IMG/VR virus record: IMGVR_UViG_3300042876_000027
Span: 5,768 to 69,767 of that record
Origin: a virus
Length of the DNA stretch: 64,000 nt
Reading direction: 5' to 3' (one strand)
The stretch's first letter is position 1; each line of letters opens with the position of its first letter. The notes below the pieces were generated by a model that was not told where the DNA came from, made no database searches, and worked only from the letters and a program-made list of their open reading frames with translations. Positions 1-10,300 of this stretch are shown in pieces. The position numbers were made by a program, and so were the translations under genes.

Positions 1-19
1 AATGTAACTCATTAGTATC

Positions 20-682
20 TTACCAATCGATGTTAGAAGATGAAGTTACAGATGGTGTGTCAAAGCCGAGGTAGTAAGCCTCCTGCTCTGCATATGGAAC
101 CTTGTTAAGTGCCGACTCCAGTGGGAATGGGCGAACAGAGTTCCAGTTGAATGGCTCCTGGTCTGGAGCAGTAGGAATGAGGGTGTAGCTGGTCTCAGTT
201 CCCTGACCATTGCGCTTTAGCTTCCACGAGAGGTTCGAGATTGAACCAGTCTCTAGAGCGTACTCACGAATGGTGTTGAAAGCAGACTGCTTGCTAACTC
301 CCATTGACCAGATGGCAACATATGGTGCCTCAACGCCATCGTCTACTAGCACGTTGCAGTAGAAACGAAGGCGACCACGCCAACCTGCGTTACCCTTTGG
401 ATCCTTGCGGTACATCTCCTCAGCCCAGTCACGACCCTCTGTGTCAGTGGTGTCGATAGCCTTGCGCTTGTAGTCCTTTGGGTTGGTGTGCTCCTTTACA
501 ACAAGAGCAAGACCACGCTCTTCGTTGTAGTTTGCGCTGTCCTCGTCCAGCTCCTCAATGAAGCGGATCTTTACAGACTGACCGTCAGCTAGCTTGAGCC
601 AGCGGACCTTTGGTGTGTTTTCGTCATACTTTGGCTTGTCAAGTAGTGCGTTGATGTTCTTTAGCCCTTTGATAACACTCAT
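20..682 (-). CDS. single-stranded DNA-binding protein (gp32-like)
   Basis: KLADGQSVKIRF N-terminal motif, WKLKRNGQGTETSY, C-terminal tail ending IDW; adjacent to primase and helicase. Confidence 0.7.
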   Translation of the reverse strand: MSVIKGLKNINALLDKPKYDENTPKVRWLKLADGQSVKIRFIEELDEDSANYNEERGLALVVKEHTNPKDYKRKAIDTTDTEGRDWAEEMYRKDPKGNAGWRGRLRFYCNVLVDDGVEAPYVAIWSMGVSKQSAFNTIREYALETGSISNLSWKLKRNGQGTETSYTLIPTAPDQEPFNWNSVRPFPLESALNKVPYAEQEAYYLGFDTPSVTSSSNIDW

Positions 683-711
683 GTTTTTCTCCTATATTTT
701 GTCTTGGTGTT

Positions 712-1656
712 TTAGTTTAGCATAGAGGCAATAGACTTGTCAAACGATACCTCTAATTTTTTGATGTCGTCGTCTTGCATATCGCCAATATCCTTATATT
801 GTTTATTTAGTTGTATGACAGTAACTCTTGAGCCTAGCTTTTCAACTAGCCTATCTTTCATGTTACCGCCTGCTTCATCATTATCTGCAACTATGTAGAT
901 ATTGTTGAAATATTTTTGTAGCAGCTCTACCTGCACATTAGATACATTTGCCCCTAGTGTAGCGACTGCTGGGAAGCCACACTGGTCTAGTCTAATTGCA
1001 TCGAAAGATGACTCTACTACATAAACTTTGCTTGATGCTTTAACCCTATGTAGGTTAAATAGTACCTTAGACTTTGGTAGTCCAGGTGTGTTCTTGAAGT
1101 CTTTGCCCTCGACAGATCTGCCTACAAAGCCAACCTCCATGCCATCTGGCGAGTGGACTGGAATAGTTACCATGTCTTGCTTTTCCGAATATCCAAGAGC
1201 AAACTTTTTTACAGACTCCTCTGTGATTAGTCTGCCCTGGTAGTATCGCATAGCACGAGGTGACTCAAGTGCTTGCTGATTAAGACGCTTTATCAATACC
1301 TGATCATACTGGGTATATTCTGGAATAACAACTAGCTTCTTGTTAATTTCTACAGACAGATTGGTCTCTACAGATTTGCTCTTGATGTACCTGACAGACT
1401 CAAAGTATGTTCTACCAGTTGTATGCATAATAAACTCTACAAGATCTGCAATCTTGTGGCAAGAGAAGCAAAAGAATGTTCCAGAGAACTTGTCAATTTC
1501 TCCAGCTGGAGTTCTGTGGTTGCCATGGAATGGGCAGAAGATGATATAGTCAGTATCTACTTCGGATTCAACCGAGATGCCTGCGCCTGCAAGGACTCGT
1601 TTGATTTGCTCTTTTCCGTATAAATTACTGTCGTTTCGTCTATTCCTGATATCCAT
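712..1656 (-). CDS. dnaG: DNA primase (CHC2 zinc finger + TOPRIM)
   Basis: CPFH...CFSC zinc finger; VVESSFDA and ADNDEAG TOPRIM motifs; KDIGD. Confidence 0.9.
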   Translation of the reverse strand: MDIRNRRNDSNLYGKEQIKRVLAGAGISVESEVDTDYIIFCPFHGNHRTPAGEIDKFSGTFFCFSCHKIADLVEFIMHTTGRTYFESVRYIKSKSVETNLSVEINKKLVVIPEYTQYDQVLIKRLNQQALESPRAMRYYQGRLITEESVKKFALGYSEKQDMVTIPVHSPDGMEVGFVGRSVEGKDFKNTPGLPKSKVLFNLHRVKASSKVYVVESSFDAIRLDQCGFPAVATLGANVSNVQVELLQKYFNNIYIVADNDEAGGNMKDRLVEKLGSRVTVIQLNKQYKDIGDMQDDDIKKLEVSFDKSIASMLN

Positions 1657-1901
1657 TCGCTCTGTCTTTTCCCTACGTATACTCCATATGATGATATTTT
1701 AAATTCAAAGTGGTTGTGTTGTTGATTATATTGTAGCGTAAAATCTGTATTGATGTCAAGCCTTGGAACATATCCAGATAACCGCATTTCCGTAACTAGC
1801 AACCTGTAGTACTCTTGCCGTAGTCTTGGAATTGCAGAGTCATCATGGATAGTTCCCTCAAGATAGAACCTCTTGATTGGCTTGTGATGTACGCTTTCCA
1901 T
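1557..1901 (-). CDS. hypothetical protein
   Basis: 114-aa ORF between helicase and primase; TATAAT 7 nt upstream of ATG (leaderless). Confidence 0.65.
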   Translation of the reverse strand: MESVHHKPIKRFYLEGTIHDDSAIPRLRQEYYRLLVTEMRLSGYVPRLDINTDFTLQYNQQHNHFEFKISSYGVYVGKRQSEWISGIDETTVIYTEKSKSNESLQAQASRLNPK

Positions 1902-1915
1902 ACGTACTATTATAA

Positions 1916-3136
1916 CTAATTATCTTCAAAGTCCTTGTACTTATACCAGCCTTTGTCAAAGTCTACCTGAACCAAGAACTCGCCCATAAAGCCGTTACGG
2001 TTCTTACGGAATACACACTCAATAATGTCTGAGTTAGCACCACGACCAAGAGCCATTACCCAGTCAGCATCGTATGCAATCTGACGTGACCATGCAGTCT
2101 GACCCAATGTTGGAACAGTGTCAAGCTTAGTAACGTCGTCTGGAGTAGCTGATGAAATAGCAATAATTGGAATTTCTTCAGAAATAGCCAAAAGCTTTAG
2201 CTCACGTGACAAGTTCTTCATACGTACAGTCTCACTGTCTGCACGTTGGTTTGGACTCATAAGCTGTAGGTAGTCTACAATAATGAAGTCTGGCTTGTAC
2301 TGATCAATCTTTCCACGGATAACCGATGGAGTTACTTCTCCACCAGAGTCGTTAGAGATAATGTGGAACTCTGGCTTACCCTGTAGCTCACGCTTGTGCC
2401 ATAGTCTGAGGTCATTGACATCTACTTGACCGCTAGACAGCTTTCTGTGAGAGAATAGACCTTCACCCATGATAGTGAATACACGGTTACGAACTTCTGT
2501 CTCACTCATTTCAAGAGAGATTACTAGTGGTGACTTGCCTTGCTTCCATGCCTGTACCGCAAAGTATAGGGATAGCCATGACTTACCGATACCTGGGTAG
2601 GCTAGAAATACACCCAGCTGTCCTGGCATAATACCTGCAGGAAGGTAGTTGTCAAATCCTGGTAGACCAGTCTTGATACCAACTGACCCTAGAGCCTGCT
2701 GCTCCTGAAGTTGCTGGTAGTAGTGAACTGCATCTTCAATGTCTGTGACATCAATATCACGAATAACTGATGTATTCTTCTTTAGCTCAGAAGTTTTAGT
2801 AATAAGGCTTTCTAGAACCTCTGTGCCCCTACCGTTCTGAATATCGCTAGCAGCTGACATAAGGATGCCCTTGAGGCTATCGTTAAGATACTCTGCCTGC
2901 AACTCTTCTAGGTGATGCTTAGTAGCACCAATGCCATCGACTGGAGCAAAGTCACGGAACTTCTCTACTACGAGGCTTGATGGTGGCACAGATCCATTCT
3001 GCTCAGAATAGTTACGGATAAAGTTCCAGATATCCTTGTGCGTTCTTAGGATTGTCTCTACGTTTGCCTGCAGCAAGACGTGAATCTGCTTATCCTGCAA
3101 TACTGCTGATATTAGTTTGTCTTCTGCGCTACTCAT
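1916..3136 (-). CDS. dnaB: DnaB-like replicative helicase
   Basis: Walker A AYPGIGKS, SLEMS, IIVDYLQLM, IAYDADW, KNRNG. Confidence 0.95.
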   Translation of the reverse strand: MSSAEDKLISAVLQDKQIHVLLQANVETILRTHKDIWNFIRNYSEQNGSVPPSSLVVEKFRDFAPVDGIGATKHHLEELQAEYLNDSLKGILMSAASDIQNGRGTEVLESLITKTSELKKNTSVIRDIDVTDIEDAVHYYQQLQEQQALGSVGIKTGLPGFDNYLPAGIMPGQLGVFLAYPGIGKSWLSLYFAVQAWKQGKSPLVISLEMSETEVRNRVFTIMGEGLFSHRKLSSGQVDVNDLRLWHKRELQGKPEFHIISNDSGGEVTPSVIRGKIDQYKPDFIIVDYLQLMSPNQRADSETVRMKNLSRELKLLAISEEIPIIAISSATPDDVTKLDTVPTLGQTAWSRQIAYDADWVMALGRGANSDIIECVFRKNRNGFMGEFLVQVDFDKGWYKYKDFEDN

Positions 3137-3437
3137 TTAGCCACTCCTTAGCCATCTTTCTTCTTTGTGCACGGTCTGCATTGTCTTGCTCATGTCGCTG
3201 ACGTGAGTCAATAATCTCTTGTGTAAAGTTAGAGAAATACTTCCAGTCAGGGTTTTGAGCTACCTCGAAATAATATTCTAGCAGCTCATAGCAGGTTTGT
3301 AAACCATATGATTCCACAAGAGCGTCAGCAGCCCACTGTTCTGCCCACTGATTATATACAGGCTTTGCGTTGTATTTAAACTGATAGTGTTTGTTAAATC
3401 TACTCAGCAAAGCCATACGGTCTTTGCGATCAGCCAT
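3129..3437 (-). CDS. hypothetical protein (possible helicase accessory)
   Basis: ORF overlapping helicase start. Confidence 0.6.
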   Translation of the reverse strand: MADRKDRMALLSRFNKHYQFKYNAKPVYNQWAEQWAADALVESYGLQTCYELLEYYFEVAQNPDWKYFSNFTQEIIDSRQRHEQDNADRAQRRKMAKEWLNE

Positions 3438-3646
3438 TACTTACTTTCGATCTCAGCAGATGCCTCACGGACCTTTTCCGCAAGACGGTCTTCAACAAAC
3501 TTATAGACACGCTCAAAGGCATCATTAGTATTTTCGCCATCACGCTTGTTGTCAGTTACAGACAGATCAATGCGTAGCGATTGGAAGTTGCCTAGGTTAA
3601 GCGTATAGCCTAGCCCAACAGTTACCTTAGTTTCGTCGTTATTCAT
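3437..3646 (-). CDS. conserved phage hypothetical protein
   Basis: TLNLGNFQSLRID motif; start refined to MNNDE behind GAGGA. Confidence 0.6.
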   Translation of the reverse strand: MNNDETKVTVGLGYTLNLGNFQSLRIDLSVTDNKRDGENTNDAFERVYKFVEDRLAEKVREASAEIESK

Positions 3647-3660
3647 ACCCTTTGTTCCTC

Positions 3661-4203
3661 TCAAGAACTGTGTCTGCGAGAATTCATAATGCCAGATATA
3701 GTTGTTCTCGCAACACCAAATATATCTGCGACCTCTTGGTGGGTCTTACCTAATGATAACACAAGATGTCTTATTGTGTCAACATCTGCATTAGACAGTC
3801 TTGAGCCTGGATGTTCTTCCCCAGACTTCAGCCTTTTATTTCTAACAGCATCCTTTCCGTTCTCGGAATATGTGCCTATTTTTAAATTAGTATATACATT
3901 GTTAGTTTTAATATCATCAATGTGACAAACTACATGCCCCTTTGGAATTACTCCGTTATCAGATACAAACTGCTCTGCTACAAGTCTATGAATTAAAAAA
4001 TTTTTCTTTTTGCCATCTATGACTAAAGTTATTGATGGGTATCCATTTGACATCCATGGGGTTAGAAGCATTGGTTCATTTAGCCTGTTTCTTGAATTAC
4101 CTCTTGGTCTCCAGGTTCTAACATTACCCAAATTTGATACTTCATAGTCTGGCTGCCAAGCATGTTGCCTAGACCAAACTATAGTTTTCCAGATTTCATC
4201 CAT
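3661..4203 (-). CDS. NUMOD4-HNH homing endonuclease
   Basis: EIWK..YEVSNLGNVR (NUMOD4), IHRLVA, CHIDDIKTNNVYTNL (HNH), C-terminal HTH; own TGGTATAAT promoter. Confidence 0.9.
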   Translation of the reverse strand: MDEIWKTIVWSRQHAWQPDYEVSNLGNVRTWRPRGNSRNRLNEPMLLTPWMSNGYPSITLVIDGKKKNFLIHRLVAEQFVSDNGVIPKGHVVCHIDDIKTNNVYTNLKIGTYSENGKDAVRNKRLKSGEEHPGSRLSNADVDTIRHLVLSLGKTHQEVADIFGVARTTISGIMNSRRHSS

Positions 4204-4232
4204 ATTTATATTATACCATAAAGGTATAAAAA

Positions 4233-4769
4233 TTAAATACTCTCGCTCCAGATCGGAATAAACCTTCCATCTTCGGTCCTTGTATAAGTCAGTATACCAT
4301 CACCCATGCGCCTTGTCAACTCCTGCTTAGAAGGAGTTATATCATTGGTGATCAGCTTATCTTTTCTTGGTCTACCCATGTGGTAGGAAGCAAGTATATC
4401 ACGAATTTCTCTAACTTGCGACTCTGAGTAGTAACTTCTTACCTGCCAAGCACGTTCTCCACCCTTTTGTGCCCCTGTTGGAGCTGGGATAATACCAGCT
4501 TTAAACAGGTATGGGAGATACTTCTTGTGTCTATTTACAAGCATGGCTGTTTGTCCAACAGTGTATGCTCTCTCACGATTCTTTTTAAAATCACTAATAA
4601 GACAGCTTTCGATTCTATCTTTTGTGATATTGTAGACAGACATAATGCCATTAGACTTATTGAGATGATGCGATCGCACGAGGTCTCCATTTAGAAACCA
4701 TACTTTTTTATTTGCCTCGACAACTGGCAGAGAGTTATACGTCTCCATGTCGACTTTGCCATCACTCAA
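4233..4769 (-). CDS. helix-turn-helix (MerR-like) DNA-binding protein
   Basis: YTVGQTAMLVNRH...GIIPAP...YYSESQV pattern. Confidence 0.6.
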   Translation of the reverse strand: MSDGKVDMETYNSLPVVEANKKVWFLNGDLVRSHHLNKSNGIMSVYNITKDRIESCLISDFKKNRERAYTVGQTAMLVNRHKKYLPYLFKAGIIPAPTGAQKGGERAWQVRSYYSESQVREIRDILASYHMGRPRKDKLITNDITPSKQELTRRMGDGILTYTRTEDGRFIPIWSESI

Positions 4770-4780
4770 GTGAAAGACTC

Positions 4781-5230
4781 CTAGTTCGGGACACCGATCA
4801 TCATCAGGTAAATACCTACACGAACATCGGCACCAGTCTTGCTAATACGAACGCTTCCTGAAATGCTTGAGTTTGTCACACTTTGCAAGACTACGTTAAT
4901 GTCTCCAGATAGTGCTGTCTGGTCCAATACAATTGGAGTAGCAACAACAATTGGTGGATACTTAAACTCAGTATTTGAGAATCTATAGGTAAATGGCTGC
5001 GAGGTTGCGCTAGCACCAATAGTAGCCTCAACGTAGCCACCTGCCATCCTGACCTCATTAATTAGCAGGTTCTGCGTTCCAGCTGTAATAGTGTCTAGGG
5101 AAACGTACTTCTTAGTAGTTTGTCTAGAGATGTTGTTATCTACTAAACCATTGACTGCGCTGACAATCCTAGATAGATATGTTAGGTCTACTGGCTGACC
5201 TGGAGCTGGATCTGGAATCTTACTAATCAT
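4781..5230 (-). CDS. minor tail protein
   Basis: end of tail module; start refined to MISKIP (TGATATAAT 7 nt upstream). Confidence 0.5.
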   Translation of the reverse strand: MISKIPDPAPGQPVDLTYLSRIVSAVNGLVDNNISRQTTKKYVSLDTITAGTQNLLINEVRMAGGYVEATIGASATSQPFTYRFSNTEFKYPPIVVATPIVLDQTALSGDINVVLQSVTNSSISGSVRISKTGADVRVGIYLMMIGVPN

Positions 5231-5243
5231 AGTTAATATTATA

Positions 5244-5693
5244 TCACGCAATGCCTTCAGATGGCACTGTTTGTGTTCCCTGGAATAGCTCTAGGCTTGG
5301 TGATGGGGCATCCTTATAATAGCTAGATTTTTGTACAATAAAGTCAAAATCTCCAAATGTCGTTGGTCTAACATAATATTGATAGAATGTTTCCGAAGTC
5401 GTAGCTGCTAGGCTCCAAGGTCCACCATCCATTCTTACAAATATGTCATATGGACCCTTTACTGTGTCATCCCAGTCTAAGATGATAACACGCAAAGATG
5501 ATACAAAACGTATGCTACCATTTACACCACCCTGTGGTATTTCTTGGGCATCGATATTATATACTGGAGACCAGTGAGAGAATCTGTTTTGGTCTTGAGA
5601 AACAATCCTAAATCTAACAATATAGGTATTGTCTGGGCTTACAAGTGGCAGATCTGCTGCCCTAATTACTGCCTTCTTTACAACGTCTACCAT
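5244..5693 (-). CDS. minor tail protein
   Basis: synteny, beta-rich, coupled to neighbour. Confidence 0.5.
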   Translation of the reverse strand: MVDVVKKAVIRAADLPLVSPDNTYIVRFRIVSQDQNRFSHWSPVYNIDAQEIPQGGVNGSIRFVSSLRVIILDWDDTVKGPYDIFVRMDGGPWSLAATTSETFYQYYVRPTTFGDFDFIVQKSSYYKDAPSPSLELFQGTQTVPSEGIA

Positions 5694-6826
5694 TATTGCA
5701 CATCCAGCTCAAACCTAAATTCAATAAAGCTTGTAGTATTGGCTTCCTTGACAAATGTCAGGGCATCGTCAGTCCTAATTACGCTGTATCCAGTCAGACC
5801 ATATAGCGGTGTTGTAGCGTTAGTATTCTCTAGCCTTAGAGCGTCTAGCAGGACATAGAAATTATTTGATGGAGCATTATTCTTAATTGCAGTCACAAAG
5901 ATCTTAACCTTGTCCACCTGACTCCAAGTAAAGCCGTTAGACTTTACTAAATCAGTAATTCTTGATGTCTCTACAAAGTATCTATTTTCACTAAAGTCTA
6001 CGCCATCTTGACCATCTGTGAGTACGATAGACATTACTGCTGTCTGAGAGTTATCCTGTGAAGAAAAGATAACAGTAATATGTACAGCATCTGGCGATAC
6101 CAAATCCTGTGGATCATCTACACCAGTCTTATTAATTACAGAGAATGCCAGTCTAAGTTCATCTCCAGGAGAGTTCTTGCTAAGGTCAAGCACAACGTCG
6201 TTTAGCTCTACCGCATCTCCACGCCAAGCATATGCTCCTGTGTTTGCAGTAGAAGACATGTCTCCACGTACAGCTAGAGTTGTATTAAGATATCTAGCGG
6301 TCTCGTATCTTTGCTCTCTGTCTGCATTGGTAAAGATTCTGTTGTTAGAGTTAGTATAGAATACCTTATCAGTTACAGAAATAATGTTTGTTGGGTCTGC
6401 GCCATCTAGTGGCTCAAAGCGTTCTGGGATTGACTTTGCAGTGCTATTCTCATTAAATACCCACGCTTCTCTGGTTGTAGAAAATGATAGTAGGTTCTTG
6501 CTGTCATATGCACCAGCAGCAGGATTGGATGCTGCTGAAAAGATCCCAACCTCTGTAATCTCATAACGCTCTGCAGTTGGAAGTTCTCCAGTAAAAACAA
6601 GGCTAGTTACACCGTCAGTATCTGATACGTACCCTCTTGATGTAATTGGAACTCTAAACATTTCGAAGTCTAGGTTTTCTTTTGCGGAATACTCTTCGAT
6701 TTGACCACTAGTTGGATTCTGAGACAGTGGCTTTGGTCCACAGCCTACAGCAATATACGAAGCATACGAAGGTGCCTGACCAAGCAAAAATTTGCTGATG
6801 ATTCTTTTACCAGTTTCAGTGATCAT
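5693..6826 (-). CDS. minor tail/baseplate protein
   Basis: MITETGK...YIAVG...ITEVGIF, typical tail-collar-like N-terminus. Confidence 0.6.
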   Translation of the reverse strand: MITETGKRIISKFLLGQAPSYASYIAVGCGPKPLSQNPTSGQIEEYSAKENLDFEMFRVPITSRGYVSDTDGVTSLVFTGELPTAERYEITEVGIFSAASNPAAGAYDSKNLLSFSTTREAWVFNENSTAKSIPERFEPLDGADPTNIISVTDKVFYTNSNNRIFTNADREQRYETARYLNTTLAVRGDMSSTANTGAYAWRGDAVELNDVVLDLSKNSPGDELRLAFSVINKTGVDDPQDLVSPDAVHITVIFSSQDNSQTAVMSIVLTDGQDGVDFSENRYFVETSRITDLVKSNGFTWSQVDKVKIFVTAIKNNAPSNNFYVLLDALRLENTNATTPLYGLTGYSVIRTDDALTFVKEANTTSFIEFRFELDVQ

Positions 6827-6828
6827 AA

Positions 6829-7308
6829 TTATCCTCCATATATTGTATCATTGATAGCCTCTCCAGACTTTAGAATTTGTATCTCTATAAGCTCGTCATC
6901 TGCAAGATTAATACCTTCTACCACCAGATCTCCAGCATCATTTAGATATGCTGGGTTTGGGGTAAAGTTTATCTTATCCTCTAGCTTAATTGAAAATGAC
7001 TTAAATCGAACGTTTTCCGTATCAAACATTGGCAGAATGTTTTTAGAACCAAACCTATCTTCAATATGCTCAAGGTTCTTTATTGGCTGATATATAATCT
7101 TCTGACCGTTTACAACATCGTTTCTAGCAATATTAATAATGTCAATACTCTCCATTGAGTCAAAGAATATCTGTGTTCTTACGTCAAAACCGCTATCTGT
7201 AACATTTGGGTTTTCTTGATAGAACTGTTCTGGTGTTGCAGATTTAATACCTGGAATTGCGTCAGATAGTTTAACTACCTTTGGCGTATTTGGAATTGGA
7301 CTAACCAT
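6829..7308 (-). CDS. minor tail protein
   Basis: synteny within tail-tip genes. Confidence 0.5.
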   Translation of the reverse strand: MVSPIPNTPKVVKLSDAIPGIKSATPEQFYQENPNVTDSGFDVRTQIFFDSMESIDIINIARNDVVNGQKIIYQPIKNLEHIEDRFGSKNILPMFDTENVRFKSFSIKLEDKINFTPNPAYLNDAGDLVVEGINLADDELIEIQILKSGEAINDTIYGG

Positions 7309-10300
7309 TATACCACCTCACTAAGATATACTGTCATTTCTGGACCATTAATGCTAGAGCGATACTCTATATTGTATACCACAAATCTGCTGTCTTCTGG
7401 AACGTGTCTGATTCCATCTGGTGTCTGGTAAGATATTCTAACGATGTCTCCTAGCTGTAGAATTGGCATAGCAAATACCTGAACTCCAACCGAAAGTCTT
7501 GGCTTGGATATCTTTTCCGAAAGCCAGCCCATCATTCTGCTTGCCTGATCCTGACTTTGAATATAGTTAGATGATATCGAAAACTCATTGCGACCATATG
7601 TAATTCTATTAAATACAATATCTTCGTATAGCTTATTAGACTTTAGCGGTGACGATATAAGTCTGTTATTTGCAAATCTTGGGTTTGAGAGATCTCCAGC
7701 CTTGCTAAAGTATTGATCCATGGTAAGCTCTAGTGCAGAATCCTGCGTAGTAGCAACACCAACAACACTTAGACCATTTCCATTTCCAGAGTCTAGGACT
7801 ACTGTTGTATCTGTTGCATTGAATACTAGGAATTCTGCCCCATATGGTGTCTTCGTTAGACCAGAAACTACATAATTCTTCAGGTCTTGAACTTGTGGAG
7901 ATAGGTTTGCTACGAGTGCTGGATATGCCTTGTCATACTTAATATTGAAGTAGGCTACCTCACGCATAATAGTTCCAAACTCGTCATAGTATAGATTATA
8001 CGCTGGTTGGGTGGCTGAAGATATTCCAGACAGGTATGTAGACTGAATCATTCCACTAATTGCGTATTTGCGAAGTGACTCGTCAGACGTGATAGTCGTG
8101 TCTCCAAATGCACTGTTAACAGGCGTGTCAAGGACGTAGGCGGCATTTTGGCTGTATCTGTATCCAAGAGCATAGATGTTTTCAAACATAGCCCTAGAGG
8201 ATCCTCGAACGAATAGAGCCATATTATTAAATACTGGTAGCTTGTCCTTATCATCCACTACAGCTTGCAAAACATTATTAATATATAGATAGAATCTTCT
8301 AAAACCAGAGAAATCTTCATACTCTACCGCTAGGTCATAAACAGTAGTATTCTCTTCTCCAACTACCCTTGACTGACCAACAAAGTTACCATCATCGCCC
8401 AGGATGCCCAAAGTCTTTCCCCATAGCCTTACTGGAATAGCTTTGTCGGTTGGCGATGTAGATGCTGAGTTTTTTACAGTCTTGTAGAATACAACGTCAA
8501 AGTCTGTGCTTTCAAAGGCAGTAGATGATGCTCCAGATGATGTCGACGATAGAGCCATAATCTCAAAGAAGTATCCGTTATTTGTGGCTGGGTCTACCAT
8601 TACACCAATACCGCCAGAACCACCAACAATGTTTTCTCCATAGTAAACGTTACCGCCTACTGGCATTTGACCAACATATTCGTTATTTTCATATTTGGTA
8701 ACAATTCTCATGCGTGTTCCAAAGTGGACATACTTAGAGTCTAGTTTTTTATTAATGTATGTGATGTGATCAACTGGCTTATCAGTTACTTCAAATGCTG
8801 GTCCATTAACTACCAAGGCACTTGCCTGAACTGATCCTGCAATTGGCTTAGTGTAGTTATTTACTACCGACTCCTTGGTGTCTGACTTAGCAACGTAGTT
8901 TTTAATAATTCCGTTTCTAGTAGACTGTCTGGCTTTTGCAGTTTCAATACCTGCTGCACCTGTAGTTATAGAAATGTTGTTAAGGTCGGCTTCCTTTAGA
9001 GCAAATATCAAAGATGACTCCATCTTGCATCCAAAGACATTTGTATTGTCTGACCAGTAAGTGCCAAGACCTGCAGTGTGCGCTAATACTGGCGTTCCAA
9101 ATTGACCACGACCATGCTTAGCAATGCTAACAATCTTTTCGGTGCCGTCTGACTGCGTCTGATAGTTTGGCTCTGTATAAATTCTGATAAGACCAGTAGC
9201 ATACATCTTTGCATTTAGTGGCAACTTAGATAGATAGTTTACATACTCTTGAGTATCAGTAATCCATACGTTATTACCAGCTGTGACTGATAGGTCTTCT
9301 CCATACTGACTAAGCTTTGGAACCGAGTACTCTACAGCATCATATCTTATAATCTCACCGTTAGCATATAGGTATCCAGAGTACTGTGGTAAACCAGCAG
9401 TGTCTATTCCCTCGCCAAGGTCAATAACATTATTAACAATCACGCCATTTGATACTGACGGCAATGCGCTTGTAAGATCTGAGTTTAGTGGTACTGCGAT
9501 AAGTTTATAGTTGTCATCTGTTTGTCCTAGCTTTCTTACGCTCTCTGCACCTGGTACCTGCCAAAGATTTGAAACTTTGTAAACTACACTCTTAGATCTT
9601 TCTTGCATGTCTTCAGACTCAAAGATGCTGCCAATTTGCCTGTCAATAGCACGTGCTGTGTACTGAATCGCTCCATCGTTATAGATGTCTGAGTCTTGCT
9701 TCTCTAGGTCTACAATATTGGCAAGCTGTTCTTGCGTCTTGGCGTTACTTATAATACCGCTCTTGGCATAGTCAACATCTCCCCTTAGCACAGCATCTAT
9801 AGATCTCTGTGTCTCAGTTGGCATAATGTATCCCTTGCTCATAACTACAAAGTTATTGTATTCATCAAAGAACATGGCTGACTGAGTTGCAACTGCAATT
9901 TCATTCAGAATCTCTGCTACCGAGACATCGGTGCCAGTAAAGAAAAATGGAATTACATCTTCTGGCTCTCCGCTGTTTCTCTTAAATGTGTAGTTAGAAA
10001 AGCCAATCGAGTCTAAAAGTAGCGATACCGCATAGCTCATTGATGCATTTTGGATAAATAGCTCTGGTGCAGAGTTATTCTCAAAATAGTGGAACATGTC
10101 TCTTAGCTGTATAGCAATTGATCTATCCATTGCATTAACGGTTGGGAATCCCTCAGCATAGAGCGTCTTAATAGGGATATAGAAGTTTAGGAAGCATGGC
10201 TGCCCAGAAGAGTTTTCTACCTGCTCAACTTCACGAATCTTTTCATAAATCTTAACTTGTAGATTACGTGTACTAAAATTAGCAATAATGCTATCTTGGT

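Noticed and set aside
3661-4203. Group I intron around the HNH gene
   Set aside because: The flanking genes look intact and there is no room for an intron core, so it is a free-standing endonuclease with its own promoter.
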